Shown: in pieces, positions 1 through 10,334 of the stretch
Position numbering within the stretch: the stretch's first letter is position 1
Layout: each line of letters starts with the position of its first letter
Assembly: GCA_038087875.1 (NCBI GenBank)
Contig: CM075991.1
Span: 62,001 to 126,000, forward strand
Direction: 5' to 3'
Length of the DNA: 64,000 nt
From: Malacoraja senta
Lineage: Eukaryota
Program-made: the position numbers and the translations under genes
The notes under the pieces: model-generated
What the model was told of the DNA's origin: nothing
The model's input: the letters and a program-made list of their open reading frames with translations, nothing else
Database searches by the model: none

Positions 1-47
1 TTAACGCTAATTTTATGCCTTTATTAAATAAACTCAACACGTTGATT
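1..47 (+). mobile_element. L1-clade ORF2 fragment, left flank of the DIRS insertion
   Basis: Frame 3 reads NANFMPLLNKLNTLI and continues in frame at 4585 as KFWKTLPLSLIGRINAIKMIFLPQLLYLFQ, a typical L1 ORF2 post-RT motif. Confidence 0.85.
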
Positions 48-258
48 TTACTTCGGAGTCACGTGAGTGACTACGTGAAAAACCCGTCCAGCACGCATGC
101 GCGACATTAGCGTTCAAGCAGTGCAACAGCGACGAACGGGAGTACAGGCGCTCCCGCTACAAGTTTAAAAAGCGGACCATCTGGTAAGTACTTACTCTGA
201 GGTCGTACTTAAGATGCTTTGCTCTGCTTTGTGAATTCCAGGTTAACAAGCTGGAAAA

Positions 259-1276
259 ATGAGCAAAGCACGGCAAGGGAACAAGACCGCCCCCCGTTCG
301 ACTCCAACAGAACGCGAGTGTCCCATCAGTGGGGGGCGAGAGGCGGCACCTGGACCGCACATGCTGCGGTCCACAATCATTGAGACCGAGCCGAGCCCAG
401 TACCGCTAGCGCAGCCTGACAAACAGCAGTGGGCTGGAGGTAAATCAAGACAAAAAACTGACCGGCCGGTTATATCTGACTCCGATGAGGAGGCCTCTCC
501 GCCTGAGGCGGCAGAGGTAGCCGCCTGAGCCGCATGGAAGGCTCCTGGAGCAAATGCTCCAGCGAGACTTGCTTCGGGAGCTGGAGCAGTCTCGCCAAGG
601 GAATTCAGGCACTCCCACATCAGTGCTTTGCAATGCACTGGCCATCGCTTCCCCCTCAGCCGAGGGCGGCGTTGGCGACCAGGGCTGGGCTGGTCAGGAA
701 CAGGGGTCATTGGCCGAAGATATCGGGAGTACGCTTGTGGTACAGGACCTGGAAGAGCTGCTGGGTATGGAGAATCGCTACGTGGCTACACCACGAGCAG
801 GGCGGCCATTGCAGCCAAAACTGGCGGCCAGCATTAACCACCTGTCCATCAAACCCCTACAAGAACAGCAAATCTGGGGGTATGTTGGACAGAGTATCCG
901 GAACCAGGAGCTAAAATTACAGCGTATCCTCAAGCTCCTGACGACAGGGATAACATCCTATGCTCGTTCCGTGGATAGGGTGGATATGACTACCAACCAG
1001 CAAGACACTCTGGCTCTGCTGTGCAACACTCAATATGAGATAAACAACCTCCGCAAGGAGAGAATAAGACCTGCCCTCAATCCCAAATATGCAGGACTGT
1101 GTAAAACACCGGCGTCAGATCCGCAGATCCTGTTATTTGGAAAGGACTTGACAAAACAAGTGAAAGACCAGGAGGAAGAGTCCAAAGCATTTGGCCTCAT
1201 GAGGGCAGGCCCCGGAACGAGCAGACCCACACAACCCAGATGGCAGTACCCCACCGCGTTCACCAGTCGACGTTAA
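259..1276 (+). pseudogene. DIRS ORF1 (gag-like), frameshifted near 526
   Basis: ORFs 259-528 and 554-1276; homologous to copy 3 minus-strand peptides (IWGYVGQSIRNQELKLQRILKLL vs IWGYIGGGIRAQEIKIQKILKLL). Confidence 0.75.
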
Positions 1277-1366
1277 ACCTATGGGACTGGTGAAAGCTCG
1301 GGGTCCGCATACCATCCCCGAAAGCCTTTTTTTTTAGGCCAGGGCCCAGAGCGGACCCCATGGAAA

Positions 1367-3290
1367 ATGCGCCACCCCCAACCAGCAATACATCCAGCAG
1401 TACAACGACGGATGAAGAAACTGAAGAAAGGCCTGTTCATTGAAGCATGGAGGTCTGTCATGAATGATAGTTATATACTTAACAGTATTCGTGGATACAA
1501 AATAGAGTTCATTCAAGAAAATATGCCACCAGTTCAGCATGTACCCCAAAGGGTCTTTACCCTCTCAGTCAAAGAAAAACGAGAGGGTCAAGCAGAACTG
1601 GTGAGGTTACTTACAAAGAGTATCATTGAGAAATCCAAACATGAACCTTTGGAATTTGTCTCAAATATATTTACCAAAGACAAAAAATATGGTGGATGTC
1701 GCATCATCATTGACTTAACTTCACTAAATACCTTTGTTAAGTATCTACATTTCAAAATGGAAACATTTGTAACTGCCAAACAACCGATTTCCAAAGGATA
1801 CTTTATGGCAAGTATTAATTTAAAAGATGCCTACTATACAGTACCCATTCAAAAGGGTCATCGCAGATACCTGAAATTTACCTGGATGTGGCAACTATGG
1901 CAGTTTAAAGCGTTGCCTAAATGGGTTAACATCAGCCCAAGACTATTTACCAAGATATTAAAACCAGCCTTGGCAACATTAAGAAAACAGAGACATATTG
2001 TCATGGCATATATTGATGATATTCTAATAGTAGACAAAACCATGGAGTTGGCTAAATCAGCTGTATTAGCTACCAAACAATTGTTTGAAACCCTGGGATT
2101 TGTCATACATCCAGATAAATCTAAGTTGACGCCATCCACAACTATGGACTATCTGGGATTCACAATTAACTTAGTCCACATGTCCGTAACGTTGCCAAAA
2201 GATAAAGCAGCAGATTTGGCACAGACGTGTAACAATTTAATGGTTAGCAATCGACCAACCATCCGACAAATGGCAAGAGTAATTGGCAAAATGGTAGCAG
2301 CATTTCCAGCTACACAATTTGGACCCTGCACTATCAAAACCTACAAAGGGCAAAAGTACAGGCGTTAAAGCGACATGCAGGTCACTTTGACCGGACCATG
2401 AAATTACCCATTGAAGCTATATCAGAGTTACAATGGTGGATAGAGCACATTTGGCATAGTTCCAGCCCTATCATCATCAATAACCCAACATTAACTATAC
2501 AAACAGATGCCAGTGCTCAAGGCTGGGGAGCAACTAATACCATATCCAGCACAGGTGGTAGATGGACTAACCTAGAATCATCTTTGCTACAAACACTGGG
2601 CATAAATTATTTGGAAATGTTGGGTGCGTTTTATGGTTTAAAAGCATATTCTACGAATATGCACCATTTGCATGTTCGTTACAAATTGATAATACCACGG
2701 TGGTGGCCTATATTAAACCATATGGGCGGAATAAAATCGATATCATGTGACAATTTGGTCAACAAAATCTGGCAATGGTGTGTCGATAGACATATTTGGC
2801 TATCAGCAACTTACCTACCAGGTAAGCTAAATACAGTGGCAGATACCAGGTCACGGAAATTCAATGATAACACCGAATGGATGTTAAATCCTAGAGCTTT
2901 TGCTAAAATTACAAAGCAATATGGCACACCAGATATGATCTCTTTGCATCCAGACTAAATCACCAGGTACCAATGTATGTCGCTTGGGAACCAGACCCTG
3001 AGGCAGCAGCAATAGATGCATTCGCGCTGAACTGGGGAAACTATTTATTTTATGCTTTTCCCCCCTTCTGCCTCATCAGTCGGGTACTACGCAAAATACA
3101 GATGGACTCTGCTTCAGGTATTTTGATAGTACCAACTGGCCTACACAGCCATGGTTCCCAGTGGTCCTCGACATGGTCATCGAAACTCCTATGACCTTTC
3201 CCAGTAGCCCAGACCTATTGACGCACCCGGTATCAGGCATAAGTCATCCATGCCATGACAAAATTAACCTACTGGGTTGCAGATTATCAA
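1367..3290 (+). pseudogene. DIRS pol: reverse transcriptase, RNase H and adenine-methyltransferase-like domain, frameshifted
   Basis: RT motifs NLKDAYY and AYIDD; RNase H motifs QTDAS..GWGA, INYLEM, NTVADTRSR; MT-like DAFALNW..FYAFPPF; split over ORFs 1367-2368, 2398-2958, 2973-3194. Confidence 0.9.
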
Positions 3291-4065
3291 AAGACCACTG
3301 CTGGGCATGGGATTGTCTGACAGGACCATCAACACGATGACAGCGTACCACCGTATGTCCACCAGGAAACAATACCTATCGAGCATCAGGAAGTGGGAAA
3401 GATACTGCTTGACTACTGGGACAACATACTCATCTGCAACCATAACCAATGTACTGGAGTTCCTGGGGGGCCTTCACCATAATGAAGGACTGAGCTACAG
3501 CGCCATCAATATTGCCAGAAGTGATCTGTCAGCCTACTTAAAACAAGTACCAGGACAACAGGCCATAGGGTCTCACCCGCTGGTGATCAAACTCATGAGG
3601 GGTATATTCAACTCCAACCCCCCTAGACCTAGGTACACCCAAATCTCGGATGTCAGTGTGATCCTGACATACCTAAGGGGATGGTCACCAGCCAGGTCTC
3701 TCACCCTGGAACAGCTAACCCTGAAAACGGTCATGCTGATGGCACTAGTCTCAGCACAAAAAGTCCAGTCCCTTCACTTACTGCGACTGAAGAACATGGT
3801 TATAACACCAGACCGGGTCTCATTCACCATTCAGGAGCTGCTAAAGCAGAGCAGGCCAGGAACTTCAGGCCTAGTTATGGATTTCCGGGCATACCCACCT
3901 GACCCACGGTTGTGTGTCATGACTCACCTACTCACATCAACACAACAAGAGATTCCAGAGGGAGAGAAAAAGCCTTATGGGTCAGCCACAAGAAACCTCA
4001 TGGTCGGGTGTCGAGCCAAACCATCTCAAGATGGCTCAAGCAGGTACTGGGAGCTGCTGGAGTAG
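3277..4065 (+). pseudogene. DIRS tyrosine recombinase, 3'-truncated
   Basis: LSYSAINIARS and LTLKTVMLMALVSAQKVQSL match copies 2 and 3; frameshift near 3930; HxxR and catalytic Tyr region missing after 4065. Confidence 0.88.
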
Positions 4066-4357
4066 ATAATAATAATAATAATAATAATGGATGGGATTTA
4101 TATAGCGCCTTTCTAATACTCAAGGCGCTTTACATCGCATTATTCATTCACTCCTCAGTCACACTCGGTGGTGGTGAGCTACTTCTGTAGCCACAGCTGC
4201 CCTGGGGCAGACTGACGGAAGCGTGGCTGCTAATTTGCGCCTACGGCCCCTCCGACCACCACCAATCACTCACACACATTCACACACATTCACACGCAGG
4301 CAAAGGTGGGTGAAATGTCTTGCCCAAGGACACAACGACAGTATGCACTCCAAGCGA
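4066..4357 (-). mobile_element. 5'-truncated SINE with L2-type tail
   Basis: Minus strand has GTGTCCTTGGGCAAGACA (common in tRNA-derived SINEs), the tail TGTAAAGCGCCTTGAG...AAAGGCGCTATATAAAT and (ATT)n. Confidence 0.75.
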
Positions 4358-4581
4358 GTGCCCTCCGCTCCCACCCTCAATTATAGAGATCAACTGGTAT
4401 CTTAGTTCTCCTTTTCTTTACTATGTTTATTTCAATTATTATGTTTCCTGTGATTCCACACCGCTGCTTTGAAGTATGTCGCGCATGCGTGCTGGACGGG
4501 TTCTTCACGTAATCCCTCATCGTAACTCCTCATAAAATACAGATCAAACTTCAAACTGGTAAGTTCTCGTTTAATCTTACT

Positions 4582-6360
4582 ATTAAATTCTGGAAAACAC
4601 TTCCCTTATCATTAATAGGTAGAATAAACGCTATAAAAATGATCTTTCTACCACAATTATTATACCTATTTCAATCTACACCATTATATATACCAACATT
4701 TTTTTTTTTAATTAGACTCTAATATTACTAATTTTATTTGGGATTATAGATCACACAGAATGAAAAAAAAAACACTTATGTAAACCAAAAGAGGTCGGGG
4801 GACTTTCACTTCCGAACTTTTTGTATTACTATTGGGCAGTGCATATTAAGAATATAATTTACTGGTTGGACAGTTCTACCCAACAGACAGAATGGATAAG
4901 AATGGAGAAAGAGGATTGTTTTCCTTGTAATATAGGAGCAATCCTCTTCTCCCCGACAAAACTGAACAAAACTGAAGAACACAATATATAAGAAGAACCC
5001 AATTATACATGATACAATAAGAATTTGGAAACAATAAAATTATCTCTAAAATTTAGAAATCTATCATTGTTAATGCCAATAGCGAATAATCCTTCATTTA
5101 AACCATTTCTTATTGATAAAACATATAACCAATGGGAAAGAATGGGAATTAAAAGAATCGGTGATATGTATGAAATGGGAAATCTATTATCATTCCAACA
5201 ATTACAATTAAAATTTAAACTGAAAAATAACCAATATTTTAAATATCTTCAGATTTGCGATTTCATGAAGAAATACATACAAGGATAGCAAAACATAACT
5301 TTTGATCTACTGGAAGAAGCAATGAATATTAAGGCTGACTCAAAGAAATTAATATCATATTTATATAATAGTATTTTAAATATAGACCTACCATCGACAG
5401 AGGTACTTAGAGAAGAGTGGGAACGGGAATTAATGATAAAAATTACGGAGGTTACATGGGAAAAGTATTTGATATATATACACAAATGTTCGATTAATGC
5501 AAGACATAATTTAATTCAATTTAAAATTTTACATAGATTATATTATTCAAAAACTAGATTGAATAAATGTTATCATAATATATCCCCCATTTGTGATAAA
5601 TGTCTATCCCAAAACGCAACTATAACACACTCTTTCGTTTCCTGTATGAAACTTTATAAATTTTGGAGTGATATTTTTGAAATATTTACAAAATTATTCA
5701 AGATAAAAATGGAACCTAATACTGAAATGATTATATTTGGAGTAATGGAAGATGGGAATAAATTGAACTCATCTCAAAATTTATTTTTTAATTATGGTTT
5801 AATAATAGCAAAAAAACATACTTAAATTCTGGAAAAATACACCAATACCAACACTTAAAATGTGGATTTCAAGCATGTTGGACACCGCACATCTTGAGGA
5901 AATGCGATTCCTCCTAATAGATAAATCAGACCAATTCTTAACGAGTTGGTCTCCATTTGTCGACTTTTTGGAAGCATATCGTGCAGCACAATTGTAGAAG
6001 CTAACTGTTCCAGGACTGGGTGAGGGATGGTCAAGATTATAAATAATGATCTCCTTATTTTTCTTTTTTATTTACTACTCTCTTTCTTTCTATCTTCTTT
6101 TCTTCACTTTTCTTCTTTCACTCATTTTTTTCTTTTTCACACACAAATATATCTCACGTTTTTCTATCATTTATTATCTATTCTCTTTTTCTTTTTCTTC
6201 ATTATAATAAAAAAAAAGAAGCTGTGCATAAAATGTATTATGTCAATATACTGTATATTAGGCACTTTGGTGCCATATGATTGCACTTACTTCTAATAAA
6301 ATTAAAATATTTTAAAAAAATTATTACTTCTAATAAAATTAAAATAAATTTTAAAAAACA
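4582..6360 (+). mobile_element. L1-clade ORF2 C-terminal part, 3' UTR and A-rich tail
   Basis: QFKILHRLYYSKTRL, CCHC finger CDKC...THSFVSC; AATAAA and A-rich tail at about 6295-6360, duplicated. Confidence 0.88.
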
Positions 6361-6365
6361 CAATA

Positions 6366-7170
6366 TTTTTTTTTAACACAAACACCCACCACAGCATTCA
6401 TCACTGTGGTGGAAGGCACAAAGTTTGGCCAGTCCTCCTCCATTCCCCCCCCCCCCCCCCCGTGGTCGGGACCTCAACCCTCCGCAGCCACCGCTGCGGG
6501 CGTCCAGAAGTTCAGACAAGGCAAAGTCCATAATAAAGTCGAGGTAAGTCCTGAATCGGTGCTGCCCCATCGGAGACCGCGGCTTCAGGTTGGTGTCGGC
6601 CGCAGGCCGGCGATCGAAGATTTAAAGTTCCCGCCGCGCCGCAGCCAGAAGCACCGCAGACAGCAGGGCCAGCGGCCTGAGCTCCTCTCCGGGGGTCCCC
6701 GGCGAGGGACCCCGCTCCTGATGATAAGTCCCCGCCGCGCCCGCAGTAGAAGGAGGCAGCGGGCCGGCGGTCGGAGCTCTTCTCCTCCCGATTCCGCAAA
6801 GAGGGATCCCAGGCTGCAGACACCGCGCCAGCTGGAGCTCCGCTGGAGCTTCAGGCTGCCGTGGCCAGCGAACGGAGCGCTCCCCTCCGCGACGACAGAC
6901 CGCTATGCGCCCGCCGCTGAAGCCCCTGGCGCTTCTCCAGGAAAGGCCGCCCGATCCTCGATGTTAGGCCACGGGGGAGGCGACATGGAAAAAGTCGCCT
7001 CTCTGTGGAGGAGGCGACCGAAACAGTTTCCCCCTTACCCCCCCCCCCCCCCACACCACCCCCACACAAGACATACAGAGAGACATAAAAAAATAGACAT
7101 TAAAACACACTAAAACTTGAAAAAACTATCAGCTGCTGGTAGGGCTGCCGGCTTGCAGTACCCCCACCGA
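6366..7170 (-). mobile_element. GC-rich non-coding SINE-like repeat, copy A
   Basis: Same layout and 3' GCCTTCCAYCACAGTGA hairpin as 33349-34100 and 53170-54014. Confidence 0.6.
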
Positions 7171-7255
7171 CCTTTTCTCATCATATGTCAGTCCCGCCAT
7201 CACGGGAATTAACCTGGTGAACCTACGCTACACTCCCTCAATAACAAGAATGTCC

Positions 7256-7562
7256 TTCCTCAAATTTGGAAATGCACACCTCCAGATTCAGGGACAGTTT
7301 CTTCCCAGCTGTTATCAGGCAACGGAATCATCCTACCACAGCCAGAGCGTAAGTACTGAACTACTATCTGCCTCATTGGTGACCCTCGGACTATCCTTGA
7401 TCGGACATTGCTGACTTTATCTTGCACTAAATGTTATTCCCTTACCATGTATCTATACACTGTAAATGACTCGATTGTAATCATGGTCTTTCTGGTAACT
7501 GTTTTTAGCACGCAAAAAAAGCTTTTCTGTGTACACATGACAATAAACTCAACTGAACTGAG
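7256..7562 (+). mobile_element. Rex1/Babar-like LINE 3' end
   Basis: Encodes TSRFRDSFFPAVIRQ; tail TGTACACATGACAATAAA followed by (ACTGA)-like repeats. Confidence 0.6.
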
Positions 7563-8289
7563 TTCCTTGTATCTAACGATTGAGTCCAGTTGGGCCTGCC
7601 TTCCATTCGTAAAATCACAAGTTTATAAACCATCATAATCAGAGGTGACCTCATAATGTGCGTGGCCGGTGACCTCGCAGTGATCTGCATCTGTAACCAT
7701 GAGAGACAAGGGTCCATTTTATCTGTCAACTTGGCAAACTGGCTCCATTTCATCTGTCAACTTGAAGTGGGTACACCATACCCCTTCTGCCAGGCATAGA
7801 AACAGCTGGCAGCTACCAGAGGTGGAAGCTCTAACCTTCACGGTGTGGATCAATAACCCAAGCAAGGAGTTTCGAGAATGCCGGTGATAAAGGAGAGCGC
7901 CATCCAGACTTACAAGAGGAGATCTAAGGTAGATCTGAATCTGTTAATAGGCCAAGATAAAAGGTGGAGTGACTCAGCGGGTCTTATTCTTAAACTGTGA
8001 TCCCTCGTTCTCGACTCCCCCTACATCGGGAACTTAGGGGCGTGGGGCTCTTCTTCCACCACTGAGCTTTTCTTTATGGGAGAGAATCCTAACCAGCCAG
8101 TGAAAACCCAGTCTTCAGTCTCCAACATTCCCCAACCTCTTCCCCCCCCCCACCCCGCCTCCCCCCTACCCAGCCTTCTACCCTCTTTGGACATTTTTAT
8201 TACCACTGTTGGTGCAACAACTGTCTTGGCTTCTCTGCTCCACTGGCCCACTCAAACCGGAAGGGTCCCAACGTGTAACGACGAATGTC

Positions 8290-8585
8290 AGGGAACATCT
8301 CTGGAGAACACGGATAGGTGACGTTTCACAGAGTGCTGGAGTAACTCAGCAGGTCAGGCAGCAACTCTTGAGAACATGGATAGGTGACGTTTCACACGAC
8401 AGTGAAGCTAGTTGGAGAACTAGGATGGGGGAGGGATGGAGAGAGAGGGAAAGCAAGGGTTATTTGAAGTTGGAGAAATCAATATTCATATCACTGAGTT
8501 GTAATCTGCCTGTCCCTCTGAGTTTCTCCAGCATTTTGTGTCTATCTTCAGTGCAAACCAGCATCTGCTGCTCCTGCACATTTTG
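8290..8585. mobile_element. Penelope-like terminal fragments
   Basis: TGCTGGAGTAACTCAGC..GTCAGGCAGCA and GGATAGGTGACGTTTC motifs, shared with the GIY-YIG-bearing fragments at 33-36 kb. Confidence 0.65.
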
Positions 8586-8810
8586 TCTTGCCCACATTGA
8601 CCAAGATGCTTCATCTACACTAGTCCCAACTGCCTGCCTTTGCTTCATATCTCTCCATACCTATCCTATCCATGTACCTGTCAAGAGTCAAGAGTGTTTT
8701 ATTGTCATATGTCCCAAAATGAACAATTAAATACTGACTTACGATACGATAGAACTTTATCTATCCCAGGAGGGAAATTGATCTGCCAACAGTCATAAAA
8801 CACAAGATAA

Positions 8811-9162
8811 AGGCGGTCACGGGGGCGCAGCGGTAGAGTTGCTGTTACAGCGAATGCAGCGCCGGAGACCCAGGTTTGATCCCGATTACGGGTGCTGTCT
8901 ATACGGAGTTTGTACGTTCTCCCCGTGACCTGCATGGGTTTTCCCCGAGATCTTCGGTTTCCTCCCACACCCCAAAGGCGTACAGATTTGTAGGTTAATT
9001 GGCTTCAGTAATATTGTAATTGTCCCTAGTGTGTGGAGTAGTGCTAGTGTACGGGATGATCGCTGGTTAGTGTTAATGTGCGGGAATCGCTGGTTGGCGT
9101 GGACCCGGTGGGCCGAAGGGCCTGTTTCCGCGCTGTATCTCTCAACTAAACTAAACTAAACT
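8811..9162 (+). mobile_element. tRNA-derived V-SINE (HE1-type)
   Basis: A/B-box-like head (GGCGCAGCGG, GGTTTGATCCC), V domain GGAGTTTGTACGTTCTCCCCGTG...GGTTTCCTCCCACA, CR1-type tail GGGCCGAAGGGCCTGTTTCC and (CTAAA)n; nested in a minus-strand LINE tail. Confidence 0.85.
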
Positions 9163-9595
9163 GAACATGAAACATGAAATTAAAGTGACGAGTGGAAAGG
9201 ATTGGGGATGTGCAAAGATTGGGGAGGGAGAGGGGAGGTAGTCAGTCTACCCCACAACTGAAGGGGTGGAGTTGTACAGTTTGATAGCCACGGGGAAGAA
9301 GGATCTCCTGTGGCGTTCTGTGCTGCATCTTGATGGAACTCGTCTGTTGCTGAAGGTGCTCCTCAGTGTGTCATGGAGCGGGTTACGTCGCAGCACAACG
9401 GAGATGTAAACATATTACACTGTAAAACCCATACTAAACAGCAAAAAACGTTCAGTATATATTAGAGAAACAGACAATTAGTCCAAATAGTCCTGTCCAA
9501 ATGTCTTCTAAATGCCATTGTACCAGCCCCCACTCCTTCCTTGGGCAGCTTGTTCCATATATCCACCTCCTGGGTGAAGGGAGTGAGTTCATTAT

Positions 9596-9726
9596 GGTAG
9601 ACAAAAATGCTGGAGAAACTCAGCTGGTGAGGCATCATCTAGATGCATGCTGCCTCATCTGATGAGTTTCTCCAGCATTTTTGTCAACCTTCGATTTTTC
9701 CAACATCTGCAGTTCTTTCTTAAACA
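9596..9726. mobile_element. Penelope-derived fold-back element
   Basis: Inverted arms 9596-9689; ATTATGGTA repeated at 9591-9599 and 9732-9740. Confidence 0.7.
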
Positions 9727-10334
9727 AGGTAATTATGGTAATGCTTTAGGAATGTTGGATACAGAACAGCGTACAGCCGAGTCTTAAACGATGCCTCTGT
9801 AGAATAATCTATTCAGTTTTGGACTAATTATGCTTTTTTTGATGATGGGGTGAGAAAAAGTAAATCTTTGAGGCTGGGCAAATATCCATGGGTAAGGCAA
9901 ATTAGTTTAAATTGGACAAATTCCATCTTCACTTCAAATGAAATAAATTGGCTTGTTTAACCGTTGCTTATTCTTCCACATAAACTTGTTTACAGCAACT
10001 ATAGACTGCTTTTAATTTTAAATTATTTTAAAATAGGGTTGTCAAAGCTCACTTGTAAACATAACTTTTTGCATCTTTGAACCATGAATTGAAGACCCAA
10101 AATGTCTGTCGAATTGTTTATCAAAATTACCGAGTGCTCCCCGAAATGACGCCAGCTCTTGGGAACATTTTCATTAGATTTCTTCACTTTTCCTTCAAAT
10201 TAGATTTTTTTTTTAAAGTTCAGTTTGCGAACTTTAAACAGCCTTTTTATTTTAAATATCCGTCGCAGACTCGATGGGCTGAAGGGCCTATTTCCACTCT
10301 GCATCTCTAAAGCTTAAATTAAACTCACACGCAC

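Larger units (their letters stand above)
45..4584 (+). mobile_element. DIRS1-like tyrosine-recombinase retrotransposon, copy 1 (both ends present, degenerate)
   Basis: Domain order gag-like, RT, RNase H, methyltransferase-like, YR; 36-bp inverted repeat 72-107/4476-4511 with 1 mismatch; both termini match the ICR junctions of copies 2 and 3. Confidence 0.93.

Noticed and set aside
3277..4065. Phage integrase or bacterial contamination
   Set aside because: The recombinase and methyltransferase-like domains lie within DIRS elements nested in vertebrate LINEs
6406..7113. 235-aa ORF, and similar ORFs at 33349-33861 and 53422-53926
   Set aside because: GC-rich repeat sequence open on both strands, with no peptide conserved between the three copies
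8811..8890. tRNA gene
   Set aside because: It is the tRNA-derived head of a SINE, followed by V domain and LINE tail
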